Origin: a virus
Taxonomy: Duplodnaviria > Caudoviricetes
DNA: 45,014 nt
Virus record (IMG/VR): IMGVR_UViG_3300037478_000309
Span: 1 to 45,014 of that record
Direction: 5' to 3' (one strand)
The notes below the pieces were generated by a model. It was not told where the DNA came from. It did not search any database and worked only from the letters and a program-made list of their open reading frames with translations. Each line of letters begins with the position of its first letter. Position 1 is the stretch's first letter. Below, in pieces: positions 15,747-25,300 of this stretch. Both the position numbers and the translations under genes were made by a program.

Positions 15747-16328
15747 CTAGGTGTGCAGACTGCTCAGCAACTGCCGCAAGATGGACGCACAACTGCCGCA
15801 TCGTTGCCTACCAAGGCTCAGCAACGCAACTTGTTCAGAGTCTATAGGGCCGCCGGCCACTCCGTCCTTGCATCTTCTAGAATGGCAGGTATTAACCGAT
15901 CTACCGGAGCAAGGTGGAATGCCGAAGATGCCAAGGTAAAGGCTGAGTTAGAACTATCACATCCTGAGCAAATCACAGAGCGCGCCTCGATTGCCAGCAA
16001 GGTAGAAGTTGCTGAGCACCTATCTAAAGCTATGTATCTCGTAAAGCCGTCTGATGTACCAGCCATAGCCGATACGCTCAGCAAGGTAATGGGTTATCAC
16101 GAGGCCACCAAGACGCACAACGTCAACGTGACTGTCAACGTCGCCCCGGACATGCTCTCACTCATCCGCTCCAGGCGCGCATCACGCATCGCAGCGCGTG
16201 AGGCTGCGGCGCTGGCGAGTGGCGAGCCGAAGCAGATGGGACCGGGGGACCCCCCAATCGTGACGGCAGCGGAAGCGGTAAGCCAGCCTCAAGATATTTC
16301 CAAAATTCCAGAAAGTGGTTCTCGATGA
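15738..16328 (+). CDS. terS: Putative terminase small subunit
   Basis: HTH-like SVLASSRMAGINRSTGARW, helical core, upstream of terL; start uncertain. Confidence 0.6.
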   Translation: MHCLGVQTAQQLPQDGRTTAASLPTKAQQRNLFRVYRAAGHSVLASSRMAGINRSTGARWNAEDAKVKAELELSHPEQITERASIASKVEVAEHLSKAMYLVKPSDVPAIADTLSKVMGYHEATKTHNVNVTVNVAPDMLSLIRSRRASRIAAREAAALASGEPKQMGPGDPPIVTAAEAVSQPQDISKIPESGSR

Positions 16329-16504
16329 TTATGCGTACATCTGTTGCGAGTTGGGTGAAGGTAGCCGGTAGATGGCGCGTGGCGTACTGGTATGTGCCGT
16401 GGTATGAGAAGGTGCTGCGGCGGGTTGAGTGTTTGGTGCGGCCGCATCAGGAATGTGGGTGTCCGTGTGGCGCGTGTCTGCGGTGCGGGAGGAGGGTGGC
16501 GTGA
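16325..16504 (+). CDS. 59-aa Trp/Cys-rich hypothetical protein
   Basis: Read manually; ATGA-coupled to terS; CGCPCGACLRC. Confidence 0.4.
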   Translation: MIMRTSVASWVKVAGRWRVAYWYVPWYEKVLRRVECLVRPHQECGCPCGACLRCGRRVA

Positions 16505-16741
16505 GCGGTCTCCCTCTTGACGGCGAGGTTCGGCGGGATGCTGGCCAATCGAGACGCGCCTTTACTGCTGTAGTAGTGACGGGGGGAGATAGGGGAGGGG
16601 GTTATTATACGGGGGAGGGGGAAGAGGGGGACGGCCATGACTCGGCTAGCGGTTGAGACGGCGATTATGCGGTGCAAGAGAGTGAGGCGAGTGCGTGCAG
16701 CCATCTAGCGGATTGCCTACTGACGCCAGCATCCATGGCGT

Positions 16742-18550
16742 ATGTCGGCCGGATCAAAAGCCGGACGCCTCGCTGCCGGGCGGCAACAAAGGCAGCATGT
16801 GATGCAGCCATCTGAGTTAATCCCTACGCTGCCAGCCAACTTCCTCGAACCAACCGAGGAGGATTACGACTGCATAGACGAGGATGCTGAACTGTGTCTC
16901 ACCGACTTGAACTTCCTCGTCACTGAGGTACTCTACCGCCACGACAAGCACAAGTACGGCACATTCCACAAGTGGATGGCAGACACGGTTGGCAAGACTC
17001 CTGGCACCAGGGAACTCTGGCTTCTTCCGCGCGACCACTTCAAGACCACCATCCTCACCATCGGCCACGCTATTCAGCGCATATTGGAGAATCCCAGCGT
17101 GGCTATCCTGTTCATCAGCCGCAAGGATGACCACGCGCTGCTGTGGAGTGACGAGATACGCCGCCAGTTCGTCTTCAACCCGCTCCTGCGCCTCTACTTT
17201 CACGAGACGCTGGGCGAGATCACCACCATGGACCAACTCGGCAGCCGCGAGGAGTGGATATTCCCCGGCTACAAGAAGGTGGGTGGGCATAGGCGGCGTG
17301 AACCAACTCTGACGGCTACGGGTATGAAGGCCCGTAAGCAGTCCAAGCACTACAACTGGGTCTACCCCGATGACTGCATGGATATCGAGGATACGACGGA
17401 GGTCGGCATCCGGGAGATTCGCCAGAACTGGAAGGACATCATCCCCCTGTTCGACAAGGACAGCGGCGTCATCGTCCCCGGCACCCGCAAGCACTATAAC
17501 GACCTCTACGCTGGCATCATGAAGACGGGCGTCTACAAGGTGAGAGTGCGCCACGGACTAGAGTCGGCAACTGAGACTTGCACCCTTGAGGAGTGCAGCA
17601 AGTACGCCGAGTCGCATCCCGCCCCGGACTTCAAGCTGGGCAAGCCACTTTGCGCCGAGCGCATGACCCGCAAGGACTACGAAGCCAAGCTGGCTGAATG
17701 CGAAATCGACCCGAAGTCCGGAGTCGGCTTCTTCTACCACGAATACATGAACATCCCGTTCAGCCCCAGCGACCGCGTATTCCAGCCGCAATGGTTCCGA
17801 AAGGTGGACGCCCAGTCGATCCCGCCACTACGTATCCAGGCGCTCGCCATGGACACCGCCTGGAAGCAGGAAGAGCACCCCACCGGCTACGACTATACGG
17901 TAATTGTGCGCGGCGGCTGGGATGATCGTGGCGTGCTCTACGTACTAGGCATCACTCGCTCGCGGACGTGGACGGCCAAGCAGGGGTGCAGCGCCGCCGC
18001 CACGGAGATGAAGGAGCATGGCATCCACACCGTCATCACTGAGAAGGTAGGCGACATCTCGTGGCACGCATTCCTCATGGATGAGTGCCGCACGCGCGGC
18101 ATCCCATTCGCCGAGCCGCTCATGCTCACTCGTGGTGGTGGCGGGGTGCTTGGCCGCCGCAGCAAGGAAGACCGCATCCGCGCCACGCAGGGTTACTTCG
18201 AAACCGGCAAGGTGCTATTCGCCAGCAACGTCCAGTGCTATGACGAGGCGGTAGACGAGTTCTGCAACCTCGGCAAGTGGTCCAATGACGACATCGCCGA
18301 CGCCATCAGCATGTTTTTCGACGACCGAGTCATCATCCGCCCACAGACACGTTCACTCGACAGCGGCTGGCAATTCCCTATTCGCCCCATGCCATTTGAG
18401 TCTGTAGTCCGCCGATCTGGGTTTGCAGCCAATGCACAACACGACCCTCTGGGGCGCTTCGGCACGGAAGGCCCCGCTACCTACTCGCAAGATGCAGACG
18501 TGGAAGGTACGCCTATCTGGGGCCGCGCTTCAATCGGCGGCAACCGCTAA
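16742..18550 (+). CDS. terL: Terminase large subunit
   Basis: ATPase LLPRDHFKTT, Walker B VYPDD, PGTR coupling motif, nuclease AMDTAW...DYT...DDIADA; start may be 16802. Confidence 0.9.
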   Translation: MSAGSKAGRLAAGRQQRQHVMQPSELIPTLPANFLEPTEEDYDCIDEDAELCLTDLNFLVTEVLYRHDKHKYGTFHKWMADTVGKTPGTRELWLLPRDHFKTTILTIGHAIQRILENPSVAILFISRKDDHALLWSDEIRRQFVFNPLLRLYFHETLGEITTMDQLGSREEWIFPGYKKVGGHRRREPTLTATGMKARKQSKHYNWVYPDDCMDIEDTTEVGIREIRQNWKDIIPLFDKDSGVIVPGTRKHYNDLYAGIMKTGVYKVRVRHGLESATETCTLEECSKYAESHPAPDFKLGKPLCAERMTRKDYEAKLAECEIDPKSGVGFFYHEYMNIPFSPSDRVFQPQWFRKVDAQSIPPLRIQALAMDTAWKQEEHPTGYDYTVIVRGGWDDRGVLYVLGITRSRTWTAKQGCSAAATEMKEHGIHTVITEKVGDISWHAFLMDECRTRGIPFAEPLMLTRGGGGVLGRRSKEDRIRATQGYFETGKVLFASNVQCYDEAVDEFCNLGKWSNDDIADAISMFFDDRVIIRPQTRSLDSGWQFPIRPMPFESVVRRSGFAANAQHDPLGRFGTEGPATYSQDADVEGTPIWGRASIGGNR

Positions 18551-18560
18551 GGAGACTCGC

Positions 18561-18839
18561 ATGGCCAAGCAGCGTTTCACTCGCAAGGATTCGCAGCAGT
18601 CGGACACCTCGCGCAATTACCCCGGCAACTCGTGGATCAACCGCGAGGAGCCTTTCTACGATGTCCACCAGTGGGGCGACAACAACATGGACCCCGACAC
18701 GATGGATGTGTCCGATGGCGACGGCGAGACCACGGACGTTGACATGGCAGCGGCCGGTGGACAGTCGCGCCTCCCAGGCAGCGGCAACACAGCGCACGCC
18801 CGCATCCCGCCCGCGCAGCCGTGGAGACGGCGTAAGTAG
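18561..18839 (+). CDS. Small acidic, probably disordered protein
   Basis: AAGGAG RBS; 92 aa between terL and portal. Confidence 0.65.
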   Translation: MAKQRFTRKDSQQSDTSRNYPGNSWINREEPFYDVHQWGDNNMDPDTMDVSDGDGETTDVDMAAAGGQSRLPGSGNTAHARIPPAQPWRRRK

Positions 18840-18848
18840 GAGAGCACA

Positions 18849-20822
18849 GTGCCAGCAGGCATAGGTTACGAGCCTCCCGCCATAGATGTAGGCGCTGGAA
18901 TTGTCCCGGCGCTGTCGGATAGCGGTGTGCCCGGCCCGCGCCGCATGGGCATGACCGACGACGAGATCATCAGCATGTGGCAGACGCGCAAGCAATACTC
19001 CCAGCAGATGCGCGACCCTTACGAGACCCAGTGGGTGAAGAACTGGAAGCTCTACCGCGCCTACATCGCCGACATGCCCGACCCGCAGGACTGGTGGCGC
19101 TCCAATACCTTCGTCCCGGAGATGTTCAACTCCATCGAGACCATCCTGCCGCGCACCCTGCTCGGCATGTTCAGCAAGCCGGAGTGGTTCGACGTGACTT
19201 GCCCGCACTACACGCTCCCTGGCCACCCTGGCATCCCGTGCGCAGACTATGAGCGCATGATCAAGTCCCTGCTTCTCGGCGGCACCAAGCGCATGGATCT
19301 CTTCCAGAACGCCTACATGGGCCACAAGTACGGCTCCATCATGGGCCACACCTGGTTCAAGCTGCGTTGGGAGCGCGAAGTCAACGACCGGCCGCAGGAG
19401 ATGCCCATCACCGACCCGCTCACCGGCGAAGTCATCGGCATGAGCACCGAGCTTATGCCATTCGTGGACTATGACGACCCGCGCATGGACTTCATCAGCA
19501 ATTTCCGCGTCTGGGCCGACCCGACCGGCAACAACGAGTGGTTCATCGAGGAGATTGAGACCACGCTGGAGAAGCTGGAGTACTTGCAGCAGCGGCTGGG
19601 CATCTACCGCAATCTCGGCGGCATCGCCAACCAGATCACCGAGAAGCCCACCGACCCGATGAACCGCAACACTTCCTACGGAGGCGGATCGTCCTACGGC
19701 GAAGAGGACATCGCCAGCGTCGAGGGGTTCAGCAACCAGTCGCGCGACGAGTCCTATGACGGCCAGAAGGTGGTGTTGCTGGCGTGCAGTGGGCGCGTAC
19801 CATACACGCCCGAAGACGGTGCCTACTACCGCCGCACGGTTATCGCCAATGACCAGGTCATCATCCGCGACGGCGTCAACCCGACTCCCGACATGAAGCC
19901 GGAAATCTTCGGCGTGCAGAGTATCCCGATCCCGGGATTCGTCTACGGAGACTCGGTGATTCGCTATGCCGGCCCGCTGAATGAGCAACTCAACCGAGTC
20001 GAGAACTTCCGCATGGACGAGGTCATCCTTGGCATCTGGCAGCAGTACGTCGCCAACCGTAATGCCGTCACCAGCAATCAACTCCTGTTTCAGCCAGGCG
20101 GCATCGTATTCGTAGACACTGCCAACGATGTGCAGTCGGCCTTTCGCGTTCTCGACCGCAAGCCAATCATGCCGCAAGCCTACCAGGAGGCGGCCGTCAA
20201 GTCCGACCAGATCCAGCGCACCACGGGCGCGACGGCCACCCAGCAAGGCGCCATCCCGCAGTCGCAGGACCGCAGCGCCACGGCCTTCGCGGGCCGCACG
20301 CAACTCGGCAACGAGCGATTCCGCCTCATGGTGATGTGGCAGAACCTGGCATTCAAGAAGCCGCTGCTCAGTCGCATGTTCGCCTTGTACCAGCGCCACC
20401 TGCCGCCCGACCGCCTTGTGCGCATCGTCGGCACGGACTGGCAGATTCCCATCGACATCAGCATGATCCAGGACGGCGTAGACATCAACATCGACGCGGA
20501 CATCTACGAACTCGACAACGTGGCCAAGAATCAGGGCCTCGCCATGCTCATGCAGGCCGCCGCGCAGCCGCCATTCGACATCTGGCTCAAGCCTGGCGAG
20601 ATCCTGCGCGACACCATCGAATCCGCGCTCAACAAGGACGGGAGGCGCTATGTCAAGACCGAAGAGGAAGTTCAAATGGCCCAGATGGCGCAAGCTCAGG
20701 CTGCGCTATTCTCTGCTGCGGCGGGTGGTGGCGCTGGCGCTGGTGCCGAGTCCCAATCCGTCGGAGGTGGAGGCGAAGGCGGCGGAGGCCGTCTCGCGCT
20801 GCCTGCTGGATTTGGCGGATAA
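18849..20822 (+). CDS. Portal protein (podovirus/P22-like)
   Basis: 657 aa after terL; WRSNTFVP, PIPG.VYG.S, LNEQLN...D, ATAF motifs; Q/A-rich tail. Confidence 0.85.
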   Translation: MPAGIGYEPPAIDVGAGIVPALSDSGVPGPRRMGMTDDEIISMWQTRKQYSQQMRDPYETQWVKNWKLYRAYIADMPDPQDWWRSNTFVPEMFNSIETILPRTLLGMFSKPEWFDVTCPHYTLPGHPGIPCADYERMIKSLLLGGTKRMDLFQNAYMGHKYGSIMGHTWFKLRWEREVNDRPQEMPITDPLTGEVIGMSTELMPFVDYDDPRMDFISNFRVWADPTGNNEWFIEEIETTLEKLEYLQQRLGIYRNLGGIANQITEKPTDPMNRNTSYGGGSSYGEEDIASVEGFSNQSRDESYDGQKVVLLACSGRVPYTPEDGAYYRRTVIANDQVIIRDGVNPTPDMKPEIFGVQSIPIPGFVYGDSVIRYAGPLNEQLNRVENFRMDEVILGIWQQYVANRNAVTSNQLLFQPGGIVFVDTANDVQSAFRVLDRKPIMPQAYQEAAVKSDQIQRTTGATATQQGAIPQSQDRSATAFAGRTQLGNERFRLMVMWQNLAFKKPLLSRMFALYQRHLPPDRLVRIVGTDWQIPIDISMIQDGVDINIDADIYELDNVAKNQGLAMLMQAAAQPPFDIWLKPGEILRDTIESALNKDGRRYVKTEEEVQMAQMAQAQAALFSAAAGGGAGAGAESQSVGGGGEGGGGRLALPAGFGG

Positions 20823-20853
20823 CCGCAGCGGCCGGGCGCTTGGAGTAAGCGAC

Positions 20854-21156
20854 ATGCTGGACATTGCCGAGTTGGCCAATGGATTCGTCGCGCACCCGTA
20901 CTGGAACCGCATGGTGATGATGCTGCGCAATACCGAACGCGAAGAGATGGAGACGCTTCTGGACCCAACGCAGGCCGACCGGCATGCGCTGAGTCGAGCG
21001 AGCATCGCCAATCTTCGCAAGTTGCTCGCTATGCCGTACATCGACATCGCTCAAGGTGACAAGGCGGTGGAAGCCGTCGATAAGCATCGGGAGCGATTCG
21101 GTGAAACCGATTGGATGGGCGCGTATGAGGGCGTCAAGCGACAGCGGGACGCATAA
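20854..21156 (+). CDS. Hypothetical head-associated protein
   Basis: GGAG RBS; lies between portal and scaffold. Confidence 0.6.
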   Translation: MLDIAELANGFVAHPYWNRMVMMLRNTEREEMETLLDPTQADRHALSRASIANLRKLLAMPYIDIAQGDKAVEAVDKHRERFGETDWMGAYEGVKRQRDA

Positions 21157-21174
21157 AGGCGCAAAGGAGAAGTC

Positions 21175-22212
21175 ATGGCCAAGAAAGCACCGGAAGCCAA
21201 TCTTACCGAGACGCTGGGCGAAATGGGCATTCAGGACGCAGATGACCTAGGGCCGGGACGCGGCCTGGACATGGGCGAACTGGCCCGGCACCTCAACTCT
21301 CCCGAGCCGGACACGACTCAGGAGGACATGGAGGATGCCGTCCGCGACTCTCAGTACGAGCAGATGGGCGAGACACCGGAGCAACCGCACATCAGGCTAC
21401 AGCCCGCAGCGGCACCCGCAGAACCAGAGCCGGTGGACAATCTGGCGAAGATTCAGGCGGACCTTGCCGAGGCGCAGGCCGAATCCAAGCGGATGAAGGA
21501 GCAGTACGCACGCGAATCAGAGAAGTGGGGCAACGAGCGCAAGCGGTATGCAGAGCAGAAGGCGCGGCAGGAGCAGGGTGTATTTGGCGGGTACGTTCCT
21601 CCGCCCAACGCCTATGCGCCGCCAGCGCAATCAGGCGTCTACGACCCGCGAATCCTCGGTGACACCGATCCAAACGCGCCACTCACAGCCGGTCAGACGG
21701 CAGCCCTCATGCACAGCATGGCGGCGGCTTTCGGCCAGCAGTTGAGCGCGCGGGAGCAGAGCGTCATCGAGGCGGCGCGCGAGATGCGCAACTACGACCT
21801 CACTTCCAACGAAGAAGCGGACCTCATTGAGAGGCACGGCTGGCTTGCCACACTCGACCGCGCATCGCAGATCAAGGCCATGCGCGACCTCGTGGCGCCT
21901 CTCCGCGCCGCTTCTCAACCGGCCGCCGCTACGCCACCCATCAAGCCACAGGGCGTGAACATGGAGGCTCTGGCACGCGCCAGACACCTGACGGCGACCA
22001 CATTCATTGAACCCTCGTCGCGTACCAGCACGCAGGAACAGGCGGCTGCTACGGGCATTGACTCCGCTCTCTCCAAGAAGATCGCCGAGTACAAAGAGGC
22101 CATGAAGCTCCGGCCCGGCATGCCCGGCGACGAGCGCGGCCAGTATGGCGAGAACTTGAAGGCGGAAAGGCTCATCAAGGAGATCAATGTTCTCCAGCGA
22201 CGACGTGCATAG
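21175..22212 (+). CDS. Putative scaffolding protein
   Basis: Acidic N-terminus and coiled coils, immediately upstream of the capsid gene. Confidence 0.7.
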   Translation: MAKKAPEANLTETLGEMGIQDADDLGPGRGLDMGELARHLNSPEPDTTQEDMEDAVRDSQYEQMGETPEQPHIRLQPAAAPAEPEPVDNLAKIQADLAEAQAESKRMKEQYARESEKWGNERKRYAEQKARQEQGVFGGYVPPPNAYAPPAQSGVYDPRILGDTDPNAPLTAGQTAALMHSMAAAFGQQLSAREQSVIEAAREMRNYDLTSNEEADLIERHGWLATLDRASQIKAMRDLVAPLRAASQPAAATPPIKPQGVNMEALARARHLTATTFIEPSSRTSTQEQAAATGIDSALSKKIAEYKEAMKLRPGMPGDERGQYGENLKAERLIKEINVLQRRRA

Positions 22213-22224
22213 AGGCTTAATTCC

Positions 22225-23214
22225 GTGACTCAGACTCTCACAACCCAGTTTGCTACCGCTGGGGCTGCGAAGGAGTTTTACGACCGGCAGCTGCTCGACA
22301 ATCTCTACCCGAATCTCTACCTGTACCAGTTGGCAGAGAAGCGGACGCTGCCTCGCGGCTCCGGCAAGGTCATCCACTTCAAGAAGTACTTCAAGGCGGG
22401 CGCGGGCTCCGGCCATGTCATCCCGTTTGCCTTCACCGAGGGCACCGCCATCGGCCTGTCGGCACTCTCTGCGGTGGCCATCTCGACAACCGTTGCCGGG
22501 TTCGCGGCGGCCATCGGCATCAACGACTTCGTCATCATGACGGCGCCGGATGATGTCGTGAAGTCGGCTGTCTTTGAACTCAGCAAGGGTTATGCCCTGA
22601 CCATGGAGCGCCAGATTCGCACCAAGATTTCCGGCAGCGGGACGATTCTCCCGGCTACCAATGGTGCCACCGGCTCCTCGTCTCTCACTGGCACGGCTTC
22701 CACCATCAACACGGTGGACATCATGCGTGCCGCGGCCGCCCTCCGTCAGGGTGATGCCCGCGCTTGGTCGGACAACATGTTCGCCGCCGTTGTCCATCCG
22801 CGCGTCGGGTTCGACCTGCGCAACGATGCCACCGCCGGTACGGGGTGGACCATCATCAACGCAGGATTCCAGCAGGGCGCGCAGCGCGTCTGGCAGGGTG
22901 AGATCGGCACGCTCTACGGTTGCCGAGTCATCGAGTCTACCGAGGCGAAGCAACTCCTGCCGCCTACCGCGTCACTCTTCAAGATCAGCGCGGGGGCTTC
23001 CGGGTTCGTCACGCAGGTCATCGCGCCGGGTGCCTACGGTGTCGTGGAACTGGAGTCGGCGAAGCCCAAGGTGTTCGTCAAGCAGCCGGGCAGCGCGGGC
23101 TATATCGACCCGGTCAACCAGAAGGGCTCCGTCGGTATCAAGGGCTACTACGCAGCCGTGGTCATCGACGCCGCCCGCATGAAGCGAATCCCGTCCGGCG
23201 GGCGCACTCTCTAA
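22225..23214 (+). CDS. Major capsid protein (N4-gp56-like family)
   Basis: FYDRQLL, LPRGSGKVIHF, TEG, AVVHP...DLR, GEIG.LYG.R.IES, DP.NQ.GSVG.K. Confidence 0.9.
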   Translation: MTQTLTTQFATAGAAKEFYDRQLLDNLYPNLYLYQLAEKRTLPRGSGKVIHFKKYFKAGAGSGHVIPFAFTEGTAIGLSALSAVAISTTVAGFAAAIGINDFVIMTAPDDVVKSAVFELSKGYALTMERQIRTKISGSGTILPATNGATGSSSLTGTASTINTVDIMRAAAALRQGDARAWSDNMFAAVVHPRVGFDLRNDATAGTGWTIINAGFQQGAQRVWQGEIGTLYGCRVIESTEAKQLLPPTASLFKISAGASGFVTQVIAPGAYGVVELESAKPKVFVKQPGSAGYIDPVNQKGSVGIKGYYAAVVIDAARMKRIPSGGRTL

Positions 23215-23239
23215 CGCCGGGCTACATAGGAGGAAAGCG

Positions 23240-23407
23240 ATGTCCACAGAACAGGGTCCAGTCCCCGCCGCGATGAGTCTGGACGCCGACAAGACGGCGG
23301 AACTCAGCAACGGCGACAACTCCGCAGATCAGCCCACGGCCACGGATATGCCGGTGGAGAAGCCCAAGTCTCCCACGGCTGACCCGATGAAGACGGACGT
23401 GTACTGA
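23240..23407 (+). CDS. 55-aa acidic Ser/Thr/Pro-rich peptide (below ORF-track cutoff)
   Basis: Strong AGGAGG RBS; TGATG overlap with the next gene. Confidence 0.65.
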   Translation: MSTEQGPVPAAMSLDADKTAELSNGDNSADQPTATDMPVEKPKSPTADPMKTDVY

Positions 23408-23814
23408 TGTCGATGCGCACCTCCGGCCGCCATGGCAGCATTCCGAGTGGCGAACTAGAACAGATAGTCGTGCGCAATGGCCAGTTTCTGTCCGTCCGCC
23501 GCGCCGGGGGCGGCGACGGGCAGGCTGGATTCTATAACAGCATCACGGGCGAGTATTTGCAGGGTCTCGGTGGCGGGCGCATACCCGAGTGGTCCTATAT
23601 GCGCCACGAGGCCCCTCATCTGGTGCGCGGCTGGCGCAACATTCTCTACGAGTTGCTGCACAAGAGGAAGTTGAGCCCGACGCGCGAGATCAAGCGGCTT
23701 CTGGGCGAGTCCCTGGTGCGCAACGTGCTGGATTACGGCCTCAGCGCGCAGCCACAAGCCTCGCCAGAACCTTCACGAGTCTACATGGACGGAACATGGA
23801 CAAGCGGACACTAG
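23407..23814 (+). CDS. Hypothetical protein
   Basis: 135 aa; IPEWS...RGWR..L motif. Confidence 0.65.
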   Translation: MSMRTSGRHGSIPSGELEQIVVRNGQFLSVRRAGGGDGQAGFYNSITGEYLQGLGGGRIPEWSYMRHEAPHLVRGWRNILYELLHKRKLSPTREIKRLLGESLVRNVLDYGLSAQPQASPEPSRVYMDGTWTSGH

Positions 23815-24482
23815 ATTTCGGCGATTGCGCAGAAGTTGGCGGCCAGCAATACGCGCTCAACCTCTACACGTTGGCTGAGTCCATCAAGGCTAGAACGGTG
23901 CTGGAGATTGGCGCGGGCTGGGGCTGGAGCGCGCGGGCATTCGCGCTGTCGCTTGCACCGCGCGGCGGCTTCTTGGTGAGCATTGACCCGCATCCCGAGC
24001 GCATCAAGCCGGAGAATCGCGGCAGGATATCCGCCTTGGAGGTGCCGTGGGAGATTTGCAAGGCGCGTAGTGAGGACACGCCGTTCAATGAGCGCATCGA
24101 CCTCCTCTACATCGACGGCGACCCGCGCAACGCCGCCGCCGACTACCGCCACTACTATGAGAATGTGCGTGACGGCGGCCTCATCGTACTGGATGGCGTC
24201 GGCGGGCAGCCTGGCCCGACTGAGTTCGTCGAGTCGTGCGAGTTCGACTTCCTCCGTCTCCCATACAACGACGCCTACTGTCACGCTATCTACCGCAAGC
24301 CGGTGCCGCTGGCCCACGAAGGCAAGTACGAGGCGTCCTGCACGCAATGTCCGCAAACCTTTCGAGCCGACTACTGGAGCGCGCTGGACACAGCCATCGA
24401 CTCGCACATCTCCGTCACGCAGCACACCGTTAACGCTATGGCCGGTCCACGTCGCATCAAATACATCAAGAGGGCAAGGTGA
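23796..24482 (+). CDS. Class I SAM methyltransferase (Methyltransf_24-like) with C-terminal C2H2-like domain
   Basis: VLEIGAGWGWS, SIDP, IDLLYIDGD, GGLIVLD. Confidence 0.85.
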   Translation: MDKRTLDFGDCAEVGGQQYALNLYTLAESIKARTVLEIGAGWGWSARAFALSLAPRGGFLVSIDPHPERIKPENRGRISALEVPWEICKARSEDTPFNERIDLLYIDGDPRNAAADYRHYYENVRDGGLIVLDGVGGQPGPTEFVESCEFDFLRLPYNDAYCHAIYRKPVPLAHEGKYEASCTQCPQTFRADYWSALDTAIDSHISVTQHTVNAMAGPRRIKYIKRAR

Positions 24483-25300
24483 ACAAGTACCCGCGAGTGA
24501 GCGTCGTTATCTCCACCTACAACCGCCCCGCCATGCTGGAACGCGCATTCGCCAGCGTCCACGCGCAGACTTTCGCAGACTTCGAGGTGGTGATGGTGGA
24601 CGATGCCAGCCCGTGCGTCGAGGAGATGCAGGCTGTCGTCACCAAGTGGGAGGCGAAGTTCGCCGAACGCGGCATTGATCTATGGCCATATCGAGTGGAG
24701 GAGAACAGTGGCTACCAGTGCTACCCGAAGAATCGCGGGATCGAAAAGTCACGGGGAGACTACATCGCCTACCTCGACGACGACAACGAGTGGCGACCAG
24801 ATCATCTGGCAACACTGGTGCGGACCATTGAATCGGACTACTCCACCGACTTGGTCTACTCCCGTCTACACTACATCGTTGACGGCGATGAGGCGCGTTC
24901 GGCGCTCGCCAAAGCATTCGACGGCACGGTTCCAGAAGGCGACACGATAGGCGTCGAGTGGAATCCTAACATTCTCGCGCAGAAGAACTTTGTTGACACC
25001 AGCACTGTTCTGCACTCCCGCGGTGCATTCTGGCGCATGGTGCGTGAGTCAGGCTACGGCTGGGACGAGGCGCTGCGCCGATTCGGCGACTGGAACTTCA
25101 TCTGGCGATGGGCGGTGCATGGCAACAGCGCGAAACTCGTGGATGCGGTGACGGTAGATTACCATTGGCACTCGGGGTCGCTGCAACTCACGCGGCCCGC
25201 CGTGGAGCAGCCGATGACATTCAACTATGCGCAGTGGTTGACCGTGCGTAAGGAGACCGATGCCTCTATTGGCTATACCCGGTCCGACAAAGCGCACTAA
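24479..25300 (+). CDS. Glycosyltransferase family 2 (GT-A)
   Basis: VSVVISTYNRP, SVHAQT, VDDAS, NRGI...GDYIAYLDDD, DW. Confidence 0.93.
   Translation: MNKYPRVSVVISTYNRPAMLERAFASVHAQTFADFEVVMVDDASPCVEEMQAVVTKWEAKFAERGIDLWPYRVEENSGYQCYPKNRGIEKSRGDYIAYLDDDNEWRPDHLATLVRTIESDYSTDLVYSRLHYIVDGDEARSALAKAFDGTVPEGDTIGVEWNPNILAQKNFVDTSTVLHSRGAFWRMVRESGYGWDEALRRFGDWNFIWRWAVHGNSAKLVDAVTVDYHWHSGSLQLTRPAVEQPMTFNYAQWLTVRKETDASIGYTRSDKAH

Noticed and set aside
18513-22953. Long minus-strand ORFs (726 aa at 18513-20693, 440 aa at 21631-22953) and similar antisense ORFs across the late region
   Set aside because: They shadow portal, scaffold and capsid genes in high-GC DNA and show no motifs or RBS
23180-23407. 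Frameshift or readthrough extension of the capsid protein
   Set aside because: The capsid gene ends in TAA with no slippery heptamer, and the next ORF has its own strong RBS
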